Shown one piece after another: positions 29,301 through 32,000 of a stretch of DNA of 32,000 bases. The position numbers and the translations under genes were made by a program. The notes beneath the pieces were generated by a model that ran no database searches, was not told the DNA's origin, and saw nothing but the letters and a program-made list of their open reading frames with translations. The stretch's first letter is position 1. The number at the start of each line of letters is the position of its first letter. Source of the DNA: an uncultured bacterium (GTDB taxonomy: Bacteria; Auribacterota; JACPWU01); assembly GCA_964640155.1 (NCBI GenBank), contig CAZXEQ010000001.1, forward strand, positions 60,001 to 92,000, in the 5' to 3' direction.

Positions 29301-30048
29301 CTTTCAAACTCGAGGTTTTAGCTAAAAGATGGGGGTGAGATTTAAAAATAAATTCTAATTCTTTCACCCATTCTTGCCATTTCGGAGAGTTTGAGTGTAA
29401 AGATTTGGAAAACTGATCTATTCTTTTTAAATCACTTGAGTAAGCTTTGTCTTTCAAACTCTGAAGCCAAGCATCAATCGCTGACACACCTTCTTTTAAA
29501 CTCTCTGCATATTTTCGACAAAGATGAAACGCTTTAAAATTTTCAGAATAAAGATGGGGCTCCTCAACTCCATAAAGAGAAGTTTCGTTTTTAAGTCCCA
29601 TCACAATCTTAGAAAACTCTGCTCCTGTAAGAAGCCCTTGCCTAAGAAATTTTCGTGCTACTTGCGTCCTCGCGTCTTTATCTGGGAAAATTTCATAAAG
29701 AAGAGTTTGTACGGGTCCAGATGCCCCCTCCACTAAAACCTGATCAAGTAAATTCTCACGGGCAAGCTGCTCTAATGTAATTGCAATCCTCTCCTGAGCC
29801 TGTGCCTGACAATGAATATCTCTGATAAGGACCCAAAGTACAGGCCCTTTCCCATTAAAAACCTTATTGATTTTCATACCTCTCAAAGCAAGAGAATCAG
29901 GCGAAATCTCTGCTATTGGAACAATACGAATCTGGGCAGATGGAATTAGATCTGCTTTCGCATGGGAAAACGACTCAAGATTCAAAGAATCTAGACCGAT
30001 GAAACACGAGAGGACTATGGCTATTAATTTGACAATGATTTTTCTCAA
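20308..30048 (-). CDS. Giant (3,246 aa) multi-pass membrane protein with a transglutaminase-like Cys-His-Asp core; most of its length matches no family I recognise
   Basis: A single 9,741-nt ORF with a TTG start at 30048. The N-terminus MRKIIVKLIAIVLSCFIGLDSLNLESFSHAKA looks like a signal peptide. Hydrophobic blocks lie at aa 709-808, 1505-1525 and 3118-3133. A coiled coil spans aa ~1309-1485. The TGase-like signature is at aa 1839-1898. The antisense ORFs in the track are short and unsupported. Confidence 0.85.
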   Translation of the reverse strand: MRKIIVKLIAIVLSCFIGLDSLNLESFSHAKADLIPSAQIRIVPIAEISPDSLALRGMKINKVFNGKGPVLWVLIRDIHCQAQAQERIAITLEQLARENLLDQVLVEGASGPVQTLLYEIFPDKDARTQVARKFLRQGLLTGAEFSKIVMGLKNETSLYGVEEPHLYSENFKAFHLCRKYAESLKEGVSAIDAWLQSLKDKAYSSDLKRIDQFSKSLHSNSPKWQEWVKELEFIFKSHPHLLAKTSSLKDFLTFFQETNAFDSKEAQTQLDQLIKDLQTRLSPNAFKEIVKITLEYRLGHIKADEYLAQLKQNYEKENSVQKDLFQKEYPQLQTWLSISQKEKKFDFDVLWNELISFVQGFLYEQARLEKVEDIADFDETWKIFKKLIRLELTRRELETTGLKGFKNTQSRAITMQALSQKYNVQDLNLENSQIIHQFDDCMREALKFYEFALKRDEVMAEKALMVTSRQSRVPSQKTQNSDLLETGDRGPVTVLITGGFHTEGIQKILEKKKISYIACTPEIRGELGFKRYDFVMKTQWDEIHGEEFSKDRLLLRPSSDPIKKMLSPVSAMEREIHEQLELDEGHILKPLLKELIDVLSKADQKTVHQIVNRWFKKHRDILRDLDDKEGRILVEVISKHKNCTLQWDRFNPNMKTAGRLVVAAVARRWGEESGIVKFGRWYFKKTEKEEVKKGFLRRAFHILGRVSQTLLYYLVLPFVVFICLIGAHFTMSAALTLVLLGIASEFFLTPLYRKLPKKVQKMVGFAVDFYIVLNAASLLSIYLGLPFLTLLIAPFVLFNVFVIFKWVGSTLKKTGKTLFVKFKNLRRQRALEIEEEKTLSVPISEDQTEISLNPFESLSALTAQEEQLVSFLASYNLFSPAVIVSPKISRNPLDVWEGKNIFFLKRNQKGQVAQVVRGKSSNLKSTEAVFLRERVVLDDDSEDGQSSSENLLISYKSATKEKISLDEIGVDSIFLKEGARSLTAQNIDYPSEILKILIIRKKLQNLSISANDKTKNDLFKKIQALDQYLQSLRLAYFLIHYQISVAGIESIDIRITNDFPGVVFEFISLGSRHVIKGRSRYHQAERTIQEAYDIAEGKKSSSIYEIYTVPLDLKNFLQFAFPKNVSGEKTFGLSRKDVQGETLEEQTLEFLIALLRTGPQEHGIAFEEKTQSKQVEDSLLTFSLRKLLAKGLKIIDSQKESPLIRVVVNGYDMQRIYENGEVEVVPLILIAQELVEIFPTLNPETQKEAGIFLADVLELRLREKEKGTLRNDRIYRRTEHIQSLLPTSEVTMTQTPRDAPPWRFEGEIIRLKEELQNIFGEARVEDLLLKQKKLEGDLEKIRVDIARKERENVQLHQKYQRLIGIEENAEGLIEGEGSAEELKKNLLEKIRSNSFSIERDALEERRLAEELDQLKEKVGQMNQRKKKIERLESYRSRDVIGELEDLETKIHKVLLDQSQKTLETLKAPPVQTEEKAILEKFEIKESKTTVARPWVSFLTSLKERLIFRILRWGIVLYIVFSSFGLHSETIVHVIRDQAASVAQSSVRLRQTVETVPAQTLFWVPSFVRGFRRLEMMAGVSRRASLFFHNVERGARYLQTLSGMREFRPNTLSEPDSAFENGRLRERGVWLAQLSRGGGFYSLGTYSSVHSNGAVVQEVLDFPDAPLSETRMGEGVTVTMYFQGSEISLFRTSHSRVDPSSIRVNGRTEGFNLVPNSYGDATLRLQGFHLPVGYNIVSYHLDEFQPVPFTPSSEFIAHYTQLPESERNIPPTLRARLDALRMLDDYDLRLTGVEQIMQDRFEYGLDEDAARMFAVPPEHWLDHGFEEESFRRRKKIKAACAVLAMYEMLLLRYVGIPARLVHGAIDVNSSRWIDISELHAICQTMNPRGGRGWVNRDPTTFVRQGDRRLQVFQESVIRQHHERDQAARPDRTAGQSNESSNQAPLYSDSDYPEDLRQIYSLRTLLRRTDIYISQKLEIASRAVGAYENVDRTIDFRLIEDMFQMVNDVALGLLTDIGALGEENERMIHDLFGRVALMAAQKLADGKVVDVGNGDAFRAYLIRESRRWGLNQEIANTAFDQFSQGLTPVQRSTLWIQLEGIEDRWRREDSPQAQYQAQVARARSRGGYGGNYDPTPAIITAEYLNNIYAPLHFGDLSSFTSEELRMMGSFLNFFSRQRYFFQELIRLQAQYPDDWYYVFADPARVPASPHAEQLRQGLGLLIWGSNEVIAQEWHRRNPSFTPDRGYTPDEPRQSIIGFNGSFLNYLQLNGVVTTNDPWVLFMNQHVRPLMGRPRVQVIQQQVNGPLTDIPIQERLLAVMRRDSLEGDLMRLPMRLLADPQKRQRYFDDTRRIFLSMSRRTDSGQGDNLRVQMSRFQSFLFEVNRAPISEEAKVAARSFVVDLVREERRNLRPQNIIEALAFYQNFFYRAGVVDAVESVLIPVLSVMIAEDILAMDPDFRNIDQELRDHGASSELDFLLKVFGLYHQAAIPSDNFYEVGERFLEYLQNHPVRQITLPGIWAARSDDPQTVMREFGEISTGLSNIELFHARRVIASGDLTQIRALFQRYQRRYHPVRLCNIDIPYTPVSYHDSYYRSAAQNLLNLAMGLGGFASQEAVTQILTEAEVSIRRGSLSDNEKAFYISLISQALNLSLDAATRERLERIIQEIFPSLSVNLKLQIFVSASLYGSFHFRNYVFDQVFGDLGEKTPQEIRQILGQENAFRVFSIYLILHWQDFLETRAELLAILMPIALEIIPAQGFDTENYLQALRQMGIGETDIMIALSEMIVSEASFVRGKGDVSELITPEIAFSRMNLQRIYSERAPFDQNSGQQEVLGHRPIERVFTALLQTARQVIEEERTFLDLGQDLPADQIQKVRDRTQRELNVLLEPIRLLFGQCTFPSNSTFQETYEQIEQRVQVANYLALKPYEILRFIQLSSDIITRERLQGVADVARQQRIAHWRAGDFYISSSEYQASEPSHIDVVDHYLIEFWGRYLSPERKTQILTLYREGRLVFSDSLDLEDVQLSGNQVIVRRDFLIALVALRDAISLHPNVRDERGEVLEVRRWTGSLYERVIGLLALPSVPGAVEASSTGDNSIGTRYYNAPDIRLTVSDSGAPRRMILPPALTIVFGLVALRQRQQQQDLATVTLEAEVEKLFREGKLELAIMRIAESLDQMSEEEKPFEEEIFQGWVNRIARELGEREEAVGTQIRRSRKRQIDRGQKSLRELPNVQRKQVIVERSESFNAAA
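20650..20697 (-). other. C-terminal hydrophobic helix (aa 3118-3133) followed by a 113-aa charged tail
   Basis: MILPPALTIVFGLVAL followed by RQRQQQQ. It is short for a TM helix (16 aa), so this call is borderline. Confidence 0.45.
24350..25070 (-). other. Transglutaminase-like (papain-fold) domain with a Cys1839-His1878-Asp1896 triad
   Basis: KAACAVLAMYEMLLLRYVGIPARLVHG (Cys codon 24532-24534). SELHAICQT (His codon 24415-24417). GRGWVNRDPTT (Asp codon 24361-24363). This matches the canonical G-x-C-x-x-f-A...lR-x-x-GIPAR-x-V-x-G...HAW...GW-x-x-x-DPT pattern. A beta-rich region precedes it (VTVTMYFQGSEISLF...ATLRLQG). Confidence 0.75.
25474..25536 (-). other. Single TM helix (aa 1505-1525) separating the two compositional halves of the giant protein
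   Basis: LIFRILRWGIVLYIVFSSFGL. The N-flank is basic (LKERLIFRILR), suggesting an N-in/C-out orientation. Confidence 0.6.
25595..26125 (-). other. Coiled-coil segment (aa ~1309-1485) of the giant protein
   Basis: Heptad-like, E/K/L/Q-rich sequence: LKEELQNIFGEARVEDLLLKQKKLEGDLEKIRVDIARKERENVQLHQKYQRL ... LDQLKEKVGQMNQRKKKIERLESY ... EDLETKIHKVLLDQSQKTLETLK. Confidence 0.6.
27625..27924 (-). other. Two bilobed hydrophobic blocks (about 4 TM helices), aa 709-808 of the giant protein
   Basis: Block 1 is TLLYYLVLPFVVFICLIGAHFTMSAALTLVLLGIASEFFLTPLY. The basic loop RKLPKKVQK follows. Block 2 is MVGFAVDFYIVLNAASLLSIYLGLPFLTLLIAPFVLFNVFVIFKWV. Both outer flanks are strongly basic. Confidence 0.7.
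29953..30048 (-). other. Signal-peptide-like N-terminus of the giant protein
   Basis: It shows the three signal-peptide regions: n-region MRKIIVK, h-region LIAIVLSCFIGL, and a c-region ending AKA-D (AxA-like). Confidence 0.55.
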
Positions 30049-30111
30049 TTTTATCTCACATATAGAGTTAAGACATGCAAAAGAGATAAATAAACAACTG
30101 CCTTATGCAGT

Positions 30112-30140
30112 AAGATACCATAGAATCGCTCTTTTGTCAA
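30112..30140 (-). promoter_or_regulatory. Possible promoter of the giant gene
   Basis: On the minus strand: TTGACA (30135-30140), a 17-nt spacer ending TGg (extended -10), then TATCTT (30112-30117). This predicts a ~55-nt 5' UTR. Confidence 0.35.
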
Positions 30141-30205
30141 TAATAGCAATATTTTTGTATTATACACGAAATAAAGTACTTATGACACAAATATGTCAAC
30201 TTGTT

Positions 30206-30233
30206 TTGAAAAATAATCTAAATGTGCTATACT
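30206..30233 (+). promoter_or_regulatory. Possible promoter of the 78-aa ORF
   Basis: TTGAAA (30206-30211), a 16-nt spacer ending TGc (extended -10), then TATACT (30228-30233). GAGGTG follows, 8 nt upstream of the ATG at 30254. Confidence 0.4.
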
Positions 30234-30253
30234 TAATTTGAGGTGTCTCTTAT

Positions 30254-30490
30254 ATGACAATACGAGTGAGAGAAGAAAACCATGAAGTAAAGCATGTCTT
30301 GATCGAATTATCAGAAGCGGTTAGTACATTTTCCGTCGAGGTCGAACCAGGACTTATCTATCATTACGACGAACAGCTGAACCCTACACAAATTGAGGTT
30401 AAAGATACAGCTCTAATTGAACCTTTTCTTAAAGGTTTACAGGAAGTTCTTAAAGATCCAAACGTCAAAATCATTCGTAAAGCTGCTTAA
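30254..30490 (+). CDS. DUF2283-like small protein (78 aa)
   Basis: Strong SD (GAGGTG). The pattern VLIELSEAVSTFSVEVEPGLIYHYDEQLNPTQIEV resembles the DUF2283 consensus (ALYIxLSxxxxxxSEEVxPGVIxDYDExGxxxGIEI). Confidence 0.55.
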   Translation: MTIRVREENHEVKHVLIELSEAVSTFSVEVEPGLIYHYDEQLNPTQIEVKDTALIEPFLKGLQEVLKDPNVKIIRKAA

Positions 30491-30523
30491 CTGAATTGTT
30501 ATCAGACTCATCCGTCAACTAAG

Positions 30524-31078
30524 TCAGCTTTTAAATGTCAGCAGACATACCGCTTGAGACATGGCTCCTTCAGCTCGACCAATAAACCCCAAACGTTCAG
30601 CACGTGTCGCCTTTATATTGACCTGTTCCAATTTAATTTTTAATACGCGCGCAATATTTTTTTGCATTTGAGGAAGAAAGGAAACAATTTTTGGGGTTTC
30701 CATCACCAATGTTGCATCAATATTTTCTACAGAAAAACCTTTGTCCTCTGTTAAGGACTTTACTCTTTCTAAAAGAATCAAACTAGAAATTCCACGATAT
30801 TGAGAATCTGTATTGGGAAAATGTATCCCAATATCCCCTAATCCCGCAGCGCCCAGCAATGCATCCATAATCGCATGAATCAAAACATCTGCATCAGAAT
30901 TACCCTCTAACCCTTGAGAATGAGGAATTTGAACTCCACCCAAAACCAATGCTCGTCCTAAAGTAAAAGGATGAATATCTGTACCAAAACCAACACGAAA
31001 CTTGGGAGCGGATGATTGAACTGCTTTATTCTTTTTTAAAGTTAATTTAGAAACTGATTTACGTTTTTTTTGTTTCAT
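30524..31078 (-). CDS. ispF: 2-C-methyl-D-erythritol 2,4-cyclodiphosphate synthase
   Basis: FRVGFGTDIHPF, GNSDADVLIHAIMDALLGAAGLGDIG and HFP. GAGGAG lies 4-5 nt upstream of the ATG. It carries a ~27-aa Lys-rich N-terminal extension (MKQKKRKSVSKLTLKKNKAVQSSAPK). Confidence 0.9.
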   Translation of the reverse strand: MKQKKRKSVSKLTLKKNKAVQSSAPKFRVGFGTDIHPFTLGRALVLGGVQIPHSQGLEGNSDADVLIHAIMDALLGAAGLGDIGIHFPNTDSQYRGISSLILLERVKSLTEDKGFSVENIDATLVMETPKIVSFLPQMQKNIARVLKIKLEQVNIKATRAERLGFIGRAEGAMSQAVCLLTFKS

Positions 31079-31101
31079 TTTTCTCCTCGTCAGCTGTCGT
31101 A

Positions 31102-31800
31102 TTATAACTCTTTCATCAAAAATTCGGCCTGCTTTAAATCTTCACGCGTTGTAATTTTAATATTTCTTTCATTCCCTTCAATCATCTTTACTGGAATTTT
31201 CATCCACTCTAACAAACACGCTTCATCAGTTGCTTTTGCTCTATTTTCACCAGCTTGCTCAAAAGCTTTACGAAGAATATCCTTTTTAAAACCCTGAGGA
31301 GTTTGTGCTTCCCACAAACGTTCTCGATCATGTGTTTTTAAAATATATCCTTTTTCATTCACTTCTTTAAGCGTTGGTTTTATCTTTAATCCTGGAATAA
31401 CCGCGTCACAAGACTGTAATGACTCTATTACTTTTTGAATCAAGGAAGGTTGAATTAAGGGACGTGCCGCATCATGAACTAAAACAATATCATTGTTAGA
31501 AGAAATTTTCTCAAAAGCATTCCAAACGGAATCTTCTCGAGTCAAACCTCCTTCAACAAAGGTTTTTAATTTTTCAAAGCGAAATTTTCCCATTGTTTCT
31601 TGCCAACTTTTGTCCATCATTTCAGACCGGACGGCAACAATAATTTCTTGTACTTCTTTTACAGCTTCAAAAGCACAGAGAACATAGGCCAACAAAGGCT
31701 TTTTGATCAAAGGATAAAATGCCTTTGGAATTTCTTTTGATCCAAACCTTTCCCCTTTTCCTGCTGCAACAATAATGGCAGAGACATTCATTTTAAACAC
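31102..31800 (-). CDS. ispD: 2-C-methyl-D-erythritol 4-phosphate cytidylyltransferase
   Basis: AIIVAAGKGERFG, VLVHDAARP and QTPQGF. The maximal ORF starts with GTG at 31800; the ATG at 31791 (MNVSAII) is an equally plausible start. Confidence 0.9.
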   Translation of the reverse strand: MFKMNVSAIIVAAGKGERFGSKEIPKAFYPLIKKPLLAYVLCAFEAVKEVQEIIVAVRSEMMDKSWQETMGKFRFEKLKTFVEGGLTREDSVWNAFEKISSNNDIVLVHDAARPLIQPSLIQKVIESLQSCDAVIPGLKIKPTLKEVNEKGYILKTHDRERLWEAQTPQGFKKDILRKAFEQAGENRAKATDEACLLEWMKIPVKMIEGNERNIKITTREDLKQAEFLMKEL

Positions 31801-31808
31801 TACTCACG

Positions 31809-32000
31809 TTATGATTTTAATAACTTCTTTAAAGCTTCCTCTACTGTTTTGACTCCTACTAATTCTATTCCATCCGAAGAAAGTTTCGTCTCACTACCCG
31901 AAGGAATCACACAGCGTTTAAAACCCAAATTCTTTGCTTCACTCACACGCCTGGCCAATCCCTGAACACGACGTATCTCTCCGCCCAAACCAATCTCGCC
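31809..32000 (-). CDS. radA: DNA repair protein RadA/Sms, C-terminal fragment (gene runs off the right edge)
   Basis: Absent from the ORF track because the 5' end is truncated. The minus-strand frame reads GEIGLGGEIRRVQGLARRVSEAKNLGFKRCVIPSGSSETKLSSDGIELVGVKTVEEALKKLLKS*. This matches the RadA Lon-like C-terminus (GEVGLxGEVRxV...RxxEAxKLGFxxxIVP...GIExxGVxxxxEAL). Stop TAA at 31809-31811. Confidence 0.7.
   Translation of the reverse strand, partial: GEIGLGGEIRRVQGLARRVSEAKNLGFKRCVIPSGSETKLSSDGIELVGVKTVEEALKKLLKS

Noticed and set aside
20308-30048. The size (3,246 aa) is close to lymphostatin/LifA-Efa1 and the chlamydial large cytotoxins (about 3,200-3,300 aa).
   Set aside because: Those proteins have a YopT-like C58 triad, with Cys-to-His spacing of about 100 aa, and a glycosyltransferase DXD domain. 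They lack multi-pass TM blocks. Here the Cys-to-His spacing is 39 aa with the GIPAR/HA.../DPT signature of transglutaminase-like cores. The size match alone is not evidence.
30183-30198. A TGACA-N6-TGTCA inverted repeat in the divergent promoter region, considered as a possible operator.
   Set aside because: The arms are only 5 bp in an AT-rich spacer, and a match that short could arise by chance. No regulator gene is adjacent.
20937-30241. About 11 plus-strand ORFs of 60-124 aa from the ORF track, lying antisense within the giant gene or overlapping its 5' end (for example 22302-22592 and 29867-30241).
   Set aside because: All lie antisense to a continuous 9.7-kb ORF. They have no SD or promoter context and give low-complexity or Cys/Phe-rich translations typical of shadow frames.
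1-32000. A search for CRISPR repeats, IS or transposase ends, integrase or phage genes, tRNA/rRNA genes, and long direct repeats.
   Set aside because: I found none by eye. Intergenic gaps are mostly under 100 nt, and neither of the two long gaps (7906-8282 and 18703-19057) contains a tRNA-like T-loop or acceptor feature.

Overview
This is a low-GC bacterial chromosomal window (roughly 35-40% GC by eye) with very high coding density. LptD indicates a diderm organism. I recognised no rRNA, tRNA, CRISPR array, transposase or phage gene.

Layout:
- 1-18702: one co-directional minus-strand run of housekeeping genes: recO (5' fragment), DUF502, a dgkA-PAP2 fusion, ybeY, phoH, hflX, ugd, lptD, an NAD-epimerase, tal/fsa, ROK glucokinase, tatD, metG, ricT/PSP1, holB, tmk, cysS and gltX.
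- 19058-20296: a short plus-strand pair, an aldo/keto reductase and a 69-aa Cys-containing ORF.
- 20308-30048: a single uninterrupted 9.7-kb minus-strand ORF of 3,246 aa.
- 30254-32000: a 78-aa DUF2283-like ORF on the plus strand, then ispF, ispD and a radA 3' fragment on the minus strand.

The giant ORF is the standout. It has a signal-peptide-like N-terminus and two ~45-aa bilobed hydrophobic blocks. A ~175-aa coiled coil follows, then a single TM helix. Beyond that helix lies a ~1,590-aa segment carrying a clear transglutaminase-like Cys-His-Asp core, and then a last hydrophobic helix and a charged tail.

The segment between the last two TM helices is almost lysine-free. One stretch of 330 residues has no lysine, and I count about 16 Lys in ~1,590 aa. 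The N-terminal half, by contrast, is lysine-rich. Nucleotide composition also steps up at the same boundary. Most of the protein matches nothing I can name.

Secondary items:
- Two GC-enriched intergenic elements with nested helices, which are candidate structured RNAs.
- The DgkA-PAP2 fusion.
- A G9 homopolymer inside lptD.
- Frequent TTG/GTG starts, including a re-called lptD start.
- A probable near-leaderless aldo/keto reductase mRNA.
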